Shown here: positions 46,786-57,870 of the stretch, piece by piece
Position numbering within the stretch: the stretch's first letter is position 1
Layout of the letters: every line of letters begins with the position of its first letter
DNA from: an uncultured Gammaproteobacteria bacterium
GTDB taxonomy: Bacteria > Patescibacteriota > Patescibacteriia > Patescibacteriales > UBA12465
NCBI GenBank assembly: GCA_964408775.1
Contig: CAYPAP010000001.1
Location: 21,404-85,403, forward strand
Direction: 5' to 3'
DNA: 64,000 nucleotides
The notes under the pieces: generated by a model
The model's input: the letters and a program-made list of their open reading frames with translations, nothing else
Told to the model about the DNA's origin: nothing
Database searches by the model: none
Made by a program: the position numbers and the translations under genes

Positions 46786-48228
46786 TTACTTTTTAGTTAA
46801 CTCTGTTTTATTTCCTGCTAAATCTTGAACCTCATAACCCATTCCCTCTAGTTTTAACCTAAGCTCATCTGATTTAGCAAAATCTTTATTCTTCCGAGCA
46901 ATAATTCTCTCGTTTAAAATTTTCTTAACATCCTCCGGCAAATTCTCCTCTATATTTCTGGAAGCATCTTTTTCTTCGTCGCCCTCTAATACCTTTCCCA
47001 AATTTAAACCCCAAATCAAATCAAAATCTAAAATAGTAGCCAATTTATCCTCATTTGACAATTCTGATTTTAAAATATCAGAAATTAAAGACAAACTTCT
47101 AGAGGCATTAAAATCATCCAATAAATAATCTAAAAACTTATTCTTAAATTCTTCATTAACAACACCTATATTATTACCTAATTTTTCAACTTTAGATAAA
47201 AGATTAGTTAGTCCTTTTTGTGAGGCTTTTAAGGCTTCAAAGGTAAAGTTTTGTTTAGATCGATAATGAGCCTGCAAGAAAAAATACCTCAATGCTAAAG
47301 CCGAAAAACCTTTAGAGATGATATCTGACAGACTAAAGCTATTGCCCTCTGATTTAGCCATTTTACCATCATTCAACAGTAAGTGCTCATTATGGAGCCA
47401 ATAATTAGCTAGCCTATCTCCAGTAGCAGCCTCGCTCTGAGCTATTTCATTGCTATGGTGGACACTGACATGCTCAATACCTCCCATATGAATATCAATA
47501 GTGTCTCCTAAAAATTGCCTTATCATTGCTGAGCATTCTAGATGCCAACCGGGAAAACCTCGGCCACCCTCTACTAAAGAGGAGTTAAAAGGCGATTCCC
47601 ATGTTTGCAGGGCATTCTTGTGCTTCCCTGCTTTAAAGAACCATAAAGCAAAATCATAATGATTTTTTTTATTAATATCACTAACATCTCCCTGCCCAGC
47701 GCCACTAATATTTTTTTCTAATTTACGCCCCGATAATTTACTGTAATCCTTAAACTTGTCCACCTCAAAGTAGATCGCTAAGTCCGTTGCATAAGCGTAT
47801 CCCTTGGCAATTAATAACTGAATAATCTCTATCATTTCATTAATACTTTCCGTAGCCCTTGGTTTAAACTTTGGTTCTAATATATTAAGTTTATTAACAT
47901 CCTCTTCGTAAATTTTTATAAACTTACTAGCAACCTCATCGGGACTTAGCTTTTCTTGACGAGCGGTCTTTTCTATTTTATCCTCGCCCTCATCCTCATC
48001 CGAAACCAAATGACCAACATCAGTATAATTCCTAACCATGGAAACATTGTAATTCAAGTATTTAAAGGTCCTATGAATAATATCGGCGCAATAAGATCCT
48101 CGCAAATTGCCAATATGCTGGGTCCAATAAACTGTCGGACCACAATAATAAAAAGAAACCTCGCCTGGCTGGAGGGGCTCAAACTCTTCTTTTTTCCTAC
48201 TTAAAGTGTTATATAAATAAACCTTCAT
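46786..48228 (-). CDS. cysS: Cysteinyl-tRNA synthetase
   Basis: 480 aa; HIGN (HIGH-class) and 'KMAKSEGN' (KMSKS) motifs; zinc-binding Cys residues. Confidence 0.92.
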   Translation of the reverse strand: MKVYLYNTLSRKKEEFEPLQPGEVSFYYCGPTVYWTQHIGNLRGSYCADIIHRTFKYLNYNVSMVRNYTDVGHLVSDEDEGEDKIEKTARQEKLSPDEVASKFIKIYEEDVNKLNILEPKFKPRATESINEMIEIIQLLIAKGYAYATDLAIYFEVDKFKDYSKLSGRKLEKNISGAGQGDVSDINKKNHYDFALWFFKAGKHKNALQTWESPFNSSLVEGGRGFPGWHLECSAMIRQFLGDTIDIHMGGIEHVSVHHSNEIAQSEAATGDRLANYWLHNEHLLLNDGKMAKSEGNSFSLSDIISKGFSALALRYFFLQAHYRSKQNFTFEALKASQKGLTNLLSKVEKLGNNIGVVNEEFKNKFLDYLLDDFNASRSLSLISDILKSELSNEDKLATILDFDLIWGLNLGKVLEGDEEKDASRNIEENLPEDVKKILNERIIARKNKDFAKSDELRLKLEGMGYEVQDLAGNKTELTKK

Positions 48229-48243
48229 AAAATTAGATTAAAT

Positions 48244-49356
48244 TTAATCTTTTCTTAATTTTTCCATTAGTTTGGCATAAAATTCCAAATTATTCAAGCT
48301 GGCCATTTTTTGCCCTAAGGACTCGTTAACTTTAAACAAATGATGCAAATAAGACATGGAATTTTCCTGCAATATTTTCAGTTCTGAGTCTTTATTAATT
48401 TTTTTAAAATTACTAATATTAGATGAATTTTTAATATTAATTTCATTATAGAAATTAATCGATTTTATATCCTTATTTTTGAATTGATAGAGTTTCCCAT
48501 GACGCCCCTCTCTAGTCGGGATAACACAATCAAACATATTCCACCCCATTTTACGGCAACGATAAATATCGGCTGGACTACCAATTCCTAAGGCAAATTT
48601 AATTTTATCGTCGGGAATAATTTTGGCAGTATACTCTAAAATATCAAATAAAAAATTGCCGTTTTCATCTACCGGCCGAGCTCCAAAACCATATCCAGCA
48701 AAGGGAATCTTTTCTTTTAAAAAAACACTATTAGATACATCCAATAATCCGTCTAAACATCTTTTTCTTAGTTCACGACTATTACCTCCTTGAATTACTG
48801 CAATTAATTTAGGGATTTTTTCACCTTTTAGTTTTCTTTTTTTTATTTGCCTAATATATTCTTGGTGGCAACGGCGAGCCCAAGAAATAGTTCGGTCAAC
48901 TGCTAAGGAAATTTTTTTATCAGAAAAATTATAGGGAGGGCAATCGTCTAAACAAACCATAAAATCAGTTCCTAAATCAAACTGAATTTGGATTGATTTT
49001 TCAGGACTTATTTCATGAGTAGACCCATCTATAGGAGACTTAAAAACAGCTCCCTCTTCATTAATTTTTCCCATTTTGGGATTTTGATGAATAAGGGAAA
49101 AAATCTGGAAACCACCACTATCGGATAATAATGGCCCAGACCAATTCATAAAATTATGAATTCCACCAGATTTTTTTATAACTTTAACACCGGGCTGAAG
49201 GTACAAGTGAAAAGTATTAACTACCAAGGCTGATATTCCTGACATTAACAACTCCTTGTTCTCACACATTTTTATAAAACCACGAGTAGCATCGGGCATA
49301 AAAATTGGTAGATTCAATGATCCGTGATGTGTTTTTATTTTATTATTTTTAACCAT
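48244..49356 (-). CDS. tgt: Queuine tRNA-ribosyltransferase
   Basis: 370 aa; 'LLSDSGGFQIFSL' catalytic-Asp motif; C-terminal zinc-site region followed by an extra ~60-aa tail. Confidence 0.85.
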   Translation of the reverse strand: MVKNNKIKTHHGSLNLPIFMPDATRGFIKMCENKELLMSGISALVVNTFHLYLQPGVKVIKKSGGIHNFMNWSGPLLSDSGGFQIFSLIHQNPKMGKINEEGAVFKSPIDGSTHEISPEKSIQIQFDLGTDFMVCLDDCPPYNFSDKKISLAVDRTISWARRCHQEYIRQIKKRKLKGEKIPKLIAVIQGGNSRELRKRCLDGLLDVSNSVFLKEKIPFAGYGFGARPVDENGNFLFDILEYTAKIIPDDKIKFALGIGSPADIYRCRKMGWNMFDCVIPTREGRHGKLYQFKNKDIKSINFYNEINIKNSSNISNFKKINKDSELKILQENSMSYLHHLFKVNESLGQKMASLNNLEFYAKLMEKLRKD

Positions 49357-49364
49357 ACAAAAAT

Positions 49365-51347
49365 TTATTGCACCCGACCATCATTACTAAATGAAGCGAT
49401 GATATCATCTTCCAATTTACTAGTCTTAACATCGGTTTGTTTATTAATAATTCCCTCTGTTTCAACATCAAACGCTGTAAGATTTGAACCTGATGATAAA
49501 ATTATTATTTTATTATACTCACTTTCGGTAGGAATTATGCCTATATCAAATTCGGCTTTAATTTCATAAATTCCTACTGGCCAACGATTTATAGTCCAGA
49601 CAACATTGTTATTTTCTATATCAAAACTCAGATTTCCAGCATTAACATTAAAATTATTTTCCCAAACAACATACTTTGGCAAAGGAATCTCAATCTTAAC
49701 ATCCCTAAGTTCATGCAAACTATTTTTTATAGTCCAATAATATCTAAATGTAGTTTTTTCACCCACAACCGGAGGAAGCGGGCCAGAACCAACAGGAATA
49801 TTGTCCTCATCAAAATAGAGGACCTTTTCTTCTAAAGAAAGATTGCTGTTTAATTTATTAATAATAATATTGCTGCGATTATCTGTTAAACGTCCGCTGT
49901 CATCGACAAAATCATCTATATTACCAACACTAAATTGAGCATAACTCTTTACTTCTAACTTCTGACCAACTTCGAATCTTTTGAAATCAGCCACTTTGAT
50001 TGAAAAGCTGATTTCACCCCCCTGCCCTGGCTCTAATTCTTTTAATTCTGGCACCTCACGAAAAGTCCAATTAATAGTTTTTCGACTAACATCTCCTTTT
50101 CTTGGGTCATCTAAGCTGGTCCAATCCAAGAAATCACTTTCTAATACTGCCATAATAACCAAATCCTTCATATCCTTATCACCCTTATTGGAATAACTAA
50201 TAACATACTCTAATTCCTGACCAAAATTAACAGGAAAATCGCTAGAGTTATCATTAACAGAAATATTCAAATGCAAATCACTCTTTATAGACTCTAGAAA
50301 TAATTTCCTATCTAAAAAAACAAAATCCTTTTTATTTTCATCGACATATTTCATTCCCCAGGAGATAAACTCTTCCCCTGCTTTTTTAGAGTTAGCCTTA
50401 TACTTAAACTCTAAAGAAGTGCTAACACCGTTTAACGGTCTAACTTTAAAATTATTATTATCAATTTTTTCGATTTCAAAACTATCATTAGATTTTTCCA
50501 AATCAATACTCTCGATAGAAATATTATCTAAATCATTAAAACTAATAATAAACTCATTAATATTGACAATATTAAAATTATTTATATTTATTTTTAAAGG
50601 ATATTCCTCTCCTACCAAGACAGTATAAAAATAATCCTCAGAAATAGAAAAAGGTAATGAACTAACTGCAATTGAATTAAAATTTTCCTTACTAAAACTA
50701 GAAGATAGGCCGCTAATTTCATAGCCGGTCTTAACTGATAATAAATTATTTAACCCTTCTTGATTGATAATAATCCCCCTTATCTTTATTTTTCCACCGA
50801 CCTTAGAACCTAGAGTTTCTATATTCCAGAGATGATCATCACTAAAAGATTCAATGGAATAAATCTCTGATAAAATAAAGTTCTCGGGATAAGTAACATC
50901 CAAGACAACGTTATTTAAAGTGTAATTACTATTATTTTTATAATCAATTTCATAAAAAAACTCCTCTCCCAGGACAACGCGCTCCGGAGCAGTAATATTA
51001 ATCTCTAAAACCGAAGAAAAATCCTTAGAGCTTCTCATATAATTCAAACCCCAATAAATAAGGCCAGCTAAAATAGCTAGGAATAAAAAGGCATAAAAAA
51101 TAGAGAACCAAAAACTTCTTTTCTTTTTAATTTTAATGGTTTTGAAATCAGGCATATCACCATCATCACTGTAAATATCCATCAAATTATCATTGACCTC
51201 ATCCTTAGAAAGCCTATTTTTCCCAGATGGAGTAAGTTGCTCGTCAGGATTATTTTTTTCATCAACAACAACGCTTGGGTCTGGTGAACTCTCCTCTATT
51301 TTATGCTTTCTGAAAACTAGTTTACTAGATCTCTTTTTGATTTTCAT
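49365..51347 (-). CDS. Hypothetical large membrane-anchored extracytoplasmic protein
   Basis: 660 aa; ~85-aa charged cytoplasmic N-terminus, single TM (FWFSIFYAFLFLAILAGLIYW), ~550-aa beta-rich ectodomain. Confidence 0.5.
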   Translation of the reverse strand: MKIKKRSSKLVFRKHKIEESSPDPSVVVDEKNNPDEQLTPSGKNRLSKDEVNDNLMDIYSDDGDMPDFKTIKIKKKRSFWFSIFYAFLFLAILAGLIYWGLNYMRSSKDFSSVLEINITAPERVVLGEEFFYEIDYKNNSNYTLNNVVLDVTYPENFILSEIYSIESFSDDHLWNIETLGSKVGGKIKIRGIIINQEGLNNLLSVKTGYEISGLSSSFSKENFNSIAVSSLPFSISEDYFYTVLVGEEYPLKININNFNIVNINEFIISFNDLDNISIESIDLEKSNDSFEIEKIDNNNFKVRPLNGVSTSLEFKYKANSKKAGEEFISWGMKYVDENKKDFVFLDRKLFLESIKSDLHLNISVNDNSSDFPVNFGQELEYVISYSNKGDKDMKDLVIMAVLESDFLDWTSLDDPRKGDVSRKTINWTFREVPELKELEPGQGGEISFSIKVADFKRFEVGQKLEVKSYAQFSVGNIDDFVDDSGRLTDNRSNIIINKLNSNLSLEEKVLYFDEDNIPVGSGPLPPVVGEKTTFRYYWTIKNSLHELRDVKIEIPLPKYVVWENNFNVNAGNLSFDIENNNVVWTINRWPVGIYEIKAEFDIGIIPTESEYNKIIILSSGSNLTAFDVETEGIINKQTDVKTSKLEDDIIASFSNDGRVQ

Positions 51348-51417
51348 ATTCTTTAATTAAACAATTTAAATTAAAATTAGGAAAAATAATATAAATTGAT
51401 CTTATTAATTATTTTAA

Positions 51418-54066
51418 TTATTTTAACATAATAACAAAATATCTATCCTTGTCCAAAATATTATTCAACTCTATCTGCCTCAAATTACCACTAATGTTAT
51501 CGGGATAAGTCCAAGCTGGATCCAGATTTAAGTCAGAGGAAAATGATACATCCAGAGAGGAGTCTCTAGATCCTGGTTGCTTCTGCCATAAAAGAGAATA
51601 ATTTTGACTAGGATCTTTAGGAAAAATTTTATTCAAAATACTATAATCATCCTCCAATAATAAAGAGTGAAAATTATAGGGTAACTTGTAAATAATTTCG
51701 ATAACAGCATCGTCTCCTGGGTCAGTAATATTCCAATTAGCAAAAACTGTTTTGCCATTCTCTTGGTAAATTTTGGTTCCGCTTAAAGGGTCGATCTCAG
51801 CGCGATACTCTGTTTTCTCTAAAGTGCTATTTTTTTCGGTTTCCACATCCAAGGTTTTAAAATATTTATCCTCCAAAGAAGAGAAGCCTTTGGCACTTAC
51901 TAAAGAGCTACCCAGTGGAACATAGGTTCTTAGCCAGTTAACATTTCTAGCTCCTGAGAACAAGTCTCCCCTAACCCCCTGATGGCTTCTTTGAATAGTT
52001 AATTTATTTAAAATATTACCAGCCTCATCAATTTCAACCTCTAGACTAAAATTATTTTTAATAAAATAATCTGTTTTTCCACCAGCCACACTAGAGTTTA
52101 CAACCAATAGATAATCTAAGGGTGAGTCCTTAACTCGACCAGCCCAAGATCTCTTTTCAATCTCTGCCTGCATTTTATCATTAACAAAATAAAGTAAAAT
52201 ATTCTTATTACTCAAATTTTCCTCCATTACCTTCAAACTCCCAATTAATAAATTCTGACTAAAATTACCAGAAAATTTTTCTAAAATCTCGGCAATTAAA
52301 TCGCCAATTATTTGTTTAGGTTCATTTCTTAAAAACAATTCTTCCTGCTCACCCTCTTCAGTCTCTTCAATCTCTTTAATATTTTCAGTCTCCCCCAACT
52401 CATCCTCTTTGACTTCAGTAGTAGTTGATTGCGAAGTCGTGGAAACTCTTTCTAAAATATCTGTTTTTAAATTTTTATCCTGATAAACCTCTGGCTGACC
52501 AATAACCTCAACTATTTCCTGAATAATTTCCCAGAAATTTTCCGAATCAACTACCACTCCATATTTTTCGTTTAAATCAACCGGGCCAATAATTTTTAGC
52601 ACATCGGCTAAAACATCTGGGGTCAGACTTATAACTCCATCAACGCTAGGACCTCCGCTTCTCTCATAAAACCACATTAAATTCTGTGCTGACATTTTCC
52701 AATCGGGCCACCAATTAGCATCCCAAAAATACCAAATTGGTTTAACCAGGTGAAGTGGCTTAGGAGATTCTACTAAAACCCTCATACCGCCTTCAGTATC
52801 ATAAGATCCTCCTGGAGGAACCTCAATATTTTTTATTTTACCCCTCTTTAAATCAACTAAAGCATAGCTACCAATAAATCCTCCAGTAGCTCTAATTTCA
52901 GCATTATTCTGAAAAACAACTAAATATCTCTTATCGCTATCAATAGCTAAAAAATCTTTTAGTCCTGGTAGCATCTTTCTAAAATCAGACAAGTTTTTCT
53001 CTAAAACCGCAGAGGCCTCTTTTATGGAAGTAAACTGATCCAAGTACTCAACTGGTATAGATTTGTCCCTAATTTTATTTAAATATTTATTAACATTTTT
53101 AAAGTCATCTTCAACTTTCTCAAAATAATATTCAAAGTCAGAAAACTTACCAGAAACATCGGTTTCTCCCTCAGAAAAAGCCAGGATGAGACTATTCATA
53201 GCCAGGGAGAAATTATCTCCAGCCGATGACAAATGTATACCAATTTGAGCTATTTTTTTAGACTCTGATGCCAACCTCACTTTTTCGTCTCCAGAAAAAG
53301 ATGCTAGAGCGACCATAAATTCATCCATCTTTTTTAACTCCTGATCTAATAATAAAAAATTTTCTCCGGCCTGAAAAAAACTTCTCTGAGCCAAACCTAA
53401 GTCTAGCTGAGAAATTTTATCTGACGCGACCATAAAATCATTTAACGCCGAAGATGATAAGCCCCATAAACTATTTTGAAATTTTTCCTCCACAACAAGC
53501 TGGTAATAACTAAAAATCTTAAAAGGCACAACTAATAAAAAAAGTATTAATACAAAGAGCCATAAAGGTCTTTTTTTCTTGGTTATAATAGCCTTGCTTC
53601 GAACCTTCATGGAAATACGATTTTTTCTAAAACCTCCCTTTACTCCGGCATCGCCGCTCCCTCTTCCTTTTAAGAAAAAAATGTTTTTTTCTAAGAAATA
53701 CTGAATATCTAATAACCAGTCAACAAAAAACCAAACAAAATTTATAAGAAATTTAAAAATTAAAAAAAACAAAGAAAAAATAGATGTTTTTTTAATATTT
53801 TTAAATAGCCTTCCCTTATTACTATCTATTTCTTTTTCAAAAAACAAGTATTTTTTAATATTGCTTTTGAAATTCTTAGGGCTGGAAGGGCTTTTAACTG
53901 CCCTTTTAAGATTGAAGGATGGGATTTTATTTTTTTTAGATAATTTTTTAGGAGTGTGACGATAAGCACTAGTTTCAGGAGTATTGTCATCCGGTCTCAA
54001 ATCCAAAACAAAGCCCGAAGTCTCCAGCTCAGATGATATTTTTATTTTATGCTTTTTTGTTTTCAT
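51418..54066 (-). CDS. Large membrane protein, possibly DUF4012-family (envelope-associated)
   Basis: 882 aa; two TM segments near the N-terminus; 'RYLVVFQNNAEIRATGGFIGSYALVDL' resembles the DUF4012 core motif as recalled; adjacent glycosyltransferases. Confidence 0.35.
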   Translation of the reverse strand: MKTKKHKIKISSELETSGFVLDLRPDDNTPETSAYRHTPKKLSKKNKIPSFNLKRAVKSPSSPKNFKSNIKKYLFFEKEIDSNKGRLFKNIKKTSIFSLFFLIFKFLINFVWFFVDWLLDIQYFLEKNIFFLKGRGSGDAGVKGGFRKNRISMKVRSKAIITKKKRPLWLFVLILFLLVVPFKIFSYYQLVVEEKFQNSLWGLSSSALNDFMVASDKISQLDLGLAQRSFFQAGENFLLLDQELKKMDEFMVALASFSGDEKVRLASESKKIAQIGIHLSSAGDNFSLAMNSLILAFSEGETDVSGKFSDFEYYFEKVEDDFKNVNKYLNKIRDKSIPVEYLDQFTSIKEASAVLEKNLSDFRKMLPGLKDFLAIDSDKRYLVVFQNNAEIRATGGFIGSYALVDLKRGKIKNIEVPPGGSYDTEGGMRVLVESPKPLHLVKPIWYFWDANWWPDWKMSAQNLMWFYERSGGPSVDGVISLTPDVLADVLKIIGPVDLNEKYGVVVDSENFWEIIQEIVEVIGQPEVYQDKNLKTDILERVSTTSQSTTTEVKEDELGETENIKEIEETEEGEQEELFLRNEPKQIIGDLIAEILEKFSGNFSQNLLIGSLKVMEENLSNKNILLYFVNDKMQAEIEKRSWAGRVKDSPLDYLLVVNSSVAGGKTDYFIKNNFSLEVEIDEAGNILNKLTIQRSHQGVRGDLFSGARNVNWLRTYVPLGSSLVSAKGFSSLEDKYFKTLDVETEKNSTLEKTEYRAEIDPLSGTKIYQENGKTVFANWNITDPGDDAVIEIIYKLPYNFHSLLLEDDYSILNKIFPKDPSQNYSLLWQKQPGSRDSSLDVSFSSDLNLDPAWTYPDNISGNLRQIELNNILDKDRYFVIMLK

Positions 54067-54071
54067 TAAAA

Positions 54072-55235
54072 TTAACTTAAATAAATTTTATGAGTTGCAA
54101 AAGCACATTCCCACCAATTATACTTTTTTTGCTGATCATGGCCAAGAGATATTAACTTTTCCCTTAAGCTTGTATCGGAAAATATTTTTTCAATTTTATT
54201 CAAAAAGTCTTCCTTATCCCTTGGGTTAAAATAAATAGCAGCCTCTCCCAAAATTTCAGGCATACTACCGGCATTAGAACTTAAAACTGGGCAACCTTTA
54301 GCCATGGCTTCAAGCGGTGGCAATCCAAATCCTTCATATAAGGAAGGAAAAACATAAACCAGAGCTTTTTTATAAAAAATTTCCAGCTTATTATCTGGTA
54401 CATAGCCAGCAAAAATAACTGGGTTTTCTGGAAAATCAGCAAAAACACTATCAGACAGATCCTTTAGCTCTTGGTAGAAATAATCTTCCCTCCCAACTAA
54501 AACCAGTTTTAATTTATTATTTCTTTTATGCAAATCTAAAAAACTAGTAATTAAAAAATCTAAGTTTTTATGAGGATAGGCATTACCGACATATAGAACA
54601 AAGGGATCCCTAATCTCATAATCCCGCAAAACATTGGAACTATTTAATTTAGCAACAAACAAAGAGTCCTGCCCTTTCGACAAATTAGAGACACCCTCAT
54701 ACACAACGGAAATTTTGTTTGAATCAATTTTAAACTGTTCAATTATGTCATTTTTAGTAAACTCTGAAACTGCTATAATATCCTTACTTTTCTTTAAAGC
54801 GTTTTTAATCACCAATCGATATCCCCAGTTTTTAATCCTGTAAATAATGGGATGGAGAGTTGTAGCTCTAATAGTCTTAAATTTAGTTAGAATTAGATCG
54901 TGGATAGTAACAACAAATTTAGTTGGGACAAAAAAAGGAACATTAAAATGAGGAAAATGTATTAAATCTAGTTTCTGACGCCAAATAAAATAAGGCATCA
55001 AAAATTGCTCCTTTAAGGTATACCACCGAACTTCAGCTAAAACCTTTTTAACATTTTTATAATCATCAATTATCAGCTCATCGAAATTCTCCTTTCGCAA
55101 AAAAATGACATACTCATTAAAATCATCTAGTCTTAAAATATTATCAACGATCTCCTGAGTATACCGGCCCAGCCCTTTCCCGATAGGACCATAAAAACGA
55201 GCATCTATGCCTATTCTTTTTTTGTTATTTTTCAT
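54072..55235 (-). CDS. Glycosyltransferase family 4 (GT-B, group 1)
   Basis: '[30 protein letters not shown]' (E-x7-E GT4 motif); start trimmed to '[17 protein letters not shown]' to remove overlap with the upstream ORF. Confidence 0.8.
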   Translation of the reverse strand: MKNNKKRIGIDARFYGPIGKGLGRYTQEIVDNILRLDDFNEYVIFLRKENFDELIIDDYKNVKKVLAEVRWYTLKEQFLMPYFIWRQKLDLIHFPHFNVPFFVPTKFVVTIHDLILTKFKTIRATTLHPIIYRIKNWGYRLVIKNALKKSKDIIAVSEFTKNDIIEQFKIDSNKISVVYEGVSNLSKGQDSLFVAKLNSSNVLRDYEIRDPFVLYVGNAYPHKNLDFLITSFLDLHKRNNKLKLVLVGREDYFYQELKDLSDSVFADFPENPVIFAGYVPDNKLEIFYKKALVYVFPSLYEGFGLPPLEAMAKGCPVLSSNAGSMPEILGEAAIYFNPRDKEDFLNKIEKIFSDTSLREKLISLGHDQQKKYNWWECAFATHKIYLS

Positions 55236-56664
55236 TATTTTTTTCAACTTCAACATCTTCGCTATTATTATTATCTTTCCCTTTCTTATTTTTAGTGATG
55301 AGATCTTCTTTAAATAAATCATCCTCTAAAGAATCTGAGTCGCTAACATCATCCTCAAAGGCCAAATTGACCGGTGGTTTATATTTTTTAGCCGGGGTCT
55401 TTTGGACCAAGGGGGCATTAGATACTGATTCCACTGGAAAATGCCATAATGTCGCCAATTCTTCGATATTTAACAAAAAGGCAGTTCGACCAGCCCAATC
55501 GTTTCTGTCTATATAATTATTCATAATATTATTTTTTCTAGCTATCAATCTTGGCCCTTTATTAAAATAAGAAACCTTAGTTGCGGTTAGCTTTAAGTCT
55601 GGCTTAAGTCCATTTAAATCTAGAGCGGAAAACTGTTTAATGTAGCCAATAAATCCGTTAACCACTTTAGCCTTATTCATAACCTCTTTTTTGGATAAAT
55701 AAACCACTCTGACCTTGCATAAAAATGCTAATTTTGCAGACTTATTCTCAATGGCCTCTATTTTCTTTTTTTGCTTAGGGGTAAGTTCCATCATGGATAA
55801 CTTTTTAAAATCATCTTTTTCCTTATCACTATCAATATCGCCCCAAATAGAATAAACCATCTCGCTCAGCTCTCCCATAATATTAATAAAGCCATCTATC
55901 ACTTTGTTTAAAAAGGTTGTCTCTGGTTTTTTACCTAAAATCTTATCAATTTCGCCTTTGCCATCGTCAACCCAATCAAAGCCAGTAGGAATAACTATAA
56001 TCTGATATAATAAATTCTCACCCTGACGCAAACTACTGCACAACTCCATTAACTCAGCCATGGGATCCCTAAAAGTAAACTCCTCGTCCCCTAAACGGTG
56101 CTCAAACTCCTGATAAGTTTTTATAGGATACATATAATGAGCAGAGGGAATGAATTCTGCGCCCCAAACATCATAATCATCGTCAGGGAATTTTCTAGGA
56201 AAGCCATCGCAATAATCATCAACTTCCACAATTTCAGCCTCAGGATATTGAGAATAAACTGCTGACTCGACCAAGCTCCTAAACTTTTCTGGAGTTCTAA
56301 TTAAAAATTGTGTATAACCATCCAGACTAACTATTTCAAAACTAAAAGATAGTTGATACTCGCCTAGAAACCATTTTTCAAAAAAATTCTGAGTAGAATG
56401 AGCTCCACCAAAATAAGTAAATAGATTCTCCACTGCCTGAGGTGATTGCATATTTCCTCGAGGAATGTCAATGGCCAGTAAAATAAATTTTATATCCTTC
56501 CCCCACTTCCTCTTTACACTTTTGAGCCATAAAATACTAGCAGCCCATAAAAACATAATACCAAAAATAATCCAACCGAAATAGGCCATAAAACGCCAAA
56601 GCATTACATCTGGAGGCAGAGCAAAAAAAGCTTGAATAGGGGCAAAATCAACTACTATTTCCAT
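55225..56664 (-). CDS. Hypothetical membrane protein (2 N-terminal TM + soluble domain, acidic tail)
   Basis: 479 aa; no recognisable catalytic motif; sits in the envelope gene cluster. Confidence 0.45.
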   Translation of the reverse strand: MEIVVDFAPIQAFFALPPDVMLWRFMAYFGWIIFGIMFLWAASILWLKSVKRKWGKDIKFILLAIDIPRGNMQSPQAVENLFTYFGGAHSTQNFFEKWFLGEYQLSFSFEIVSLDGYTQFLIRTPEKFRSLVESAVYSQYPEAEIVEVDDYCDGFPRKFPDDDYDVWGAEFIPSAHYMYPIKTYQEFEHRLGDEEFTFRDPMAELMELCSSLRQGENLLYQIIVIPTGFDWVDDGKGEIDKILGKKPETTFLNKVIDGFINIMGELSEMVYSIWGDIDSDKEKDDFKKLSMMELTPKQKKKIEAIENKSAKLAFLCKVRVVYLSKKEVMNKAKVVNGFIGYIKQFSALDLNGLKPDLKLTATKVSYFNKGPRLIARKNNIMNNYIDRNDWAGRTAFLLNIEELATLWHFPVESVSNAPLVQKTPAKKYKPPVNLAFEDDVSDSDSLEDDLFKEDLITKNKKGKDNNNSEDVEVEKNNEK

Positions 56665-56736
56665 AAAAAATAAATAATTATTAGCTTTCTACATTTTAGC
56701 ATATTTATTTTAAAAAACCAATAAGCAACAAAAAAA

Positions 56737-56764
56737 CAAAGACCATTCTGATAGTCTTTGTTTT
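56737..56764. terminator. Intrinsic terminator 3' of the sigma-region-4 gene
   Basis: aaaaaaa-CAAAGAC-cattctgata-GTCTTTG-tttt. Confidence 0.65.
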
Positions 56765-56786
56765 GTAAAATAATATTGTTTATTTT

Positions 56787-57818
56787 TTAACTAGCCATGC
56801 TCCAATCTTTTAAACCATAAACACCTCTGTCGGTCAACACATATCTATCATCTAAAATTAGCTCATTATGGACCGAGCCACTACTGACTTTCTTCTTGTC
56901 AAAACCAACTTCATTTATTTTGGTGGTTATATCAGTAAAATGAAGTGGTTTTTTTTCATTTTTTAAAACCAGAAATATCTTGTCGGCTATTCTTTTAGGC
57001 TTAATTTCAGACCAATCATCGTGCCCCCAAAATCCAAACTTATTAGGATTAACATCCTTAACTGCTTGCATAAAAGAATAGAATGGCTTATTTTTATTAA
57101 TTATATCGGCCCATTCTGGAAAAACATCATCTTTGAATATCGCTTTTAAATCTAGGTCACTTTTATCCTTAACAATCTTATCGCTATGCAAAGAAAATGA
57201 TTTTAAATTTTTCAAGACATTAACCAACTCTTCAAACTCTAAAACCTTTTTAGCTCCGTCTAGCTTGCTCTTAAGCTCATCAACAATATTATCAAAATAA
57301 TCAACTGTTTGATTTTTTAACTTGAAAAAGGGCGAAAATTTATTAGATTTATTAACTTTTTGGATATGATCATCTAATAACTCTGATAAAAGAAATTCTA
57401 AATAATTTTTATAAGACTCTCTGTCCAAAGAACCTCCATCTTGCTCGATCTTAACGGTCATAACTGTCAAGATGTCTAACATAAAATTCTTTTCCATGAT
57501 TCCACCATGCTCGTCCAACAGCTTACTAACAACCTCGCGAACTGATTCTAGACGTTTATCCAGGTCGTTAATGCTTTTAATTTTCTTTAAACTGGCTCTT
57601 TCAATTTGGCGAACCCTTTCTCTGGTTAGATTATAAGTTCGGCCAATTTCTTCTAAGGTTTGATAATTATCTCTTCCTAATGCAAAACGACGAGATATAA
57701 CATCCCTCTCACGATCTTGTAATTCATCTAAGATGCTATTTACAATATCAACAGCATTTAGTCTGATTAACTCCGCTTCTTTTTTCTCCTTTAACAAGGT
57801 TTTTAGTAAATTTTCCAT
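56787..57818 (-). CDS. Sigma-70 region-4 (HTH) domain protein with unknown C-terminal domain
   Basis: 343 aa; N-terminal 'DRERDVISRRFALGRDNYQTLEEIGRTYNLTRERVRQIERASLKKI' is a canonical sigma-70 region 4.2 HTH; no regions 2 or 3; ~250-aa C-terminal domain of unknown function. Confidence 0.6.
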   Translation of the reverse strand: MENLLKTLLKEKKEAELIRLNAVDIVNSILDELQDRERDVISRRFALGRDNYQTLEEIGRTYNLTRERVRQIERASLKKIKSINDLDKRLESVREVVSKLLDEHGGIMEKNFMLDILTVMTVKIEQDGGSLDRESYKNYLEFLLSELLDDHIQKVNKSNKFSPFFKLKNQTVDYFDNIVDELKSKLDGAKKVLEFEELVNVLKNLKSFSLHSDKIVKDKSDLDLKAIFKDDVFPEWADIINKNKPFYSFMQAVKDVNPNKFGFWGHDDWSEIKPKRIADKIFLVLKNEKKPLHFTDITTKINEVGFDKKKVSSGSVHNELILDDRYVLTDRGVYGLKDWSMAS

Positions 57819-57870
57819 ATATAAAAATTAAATATAACTACCTATATTAAAACATAAATTAAATAATAAG

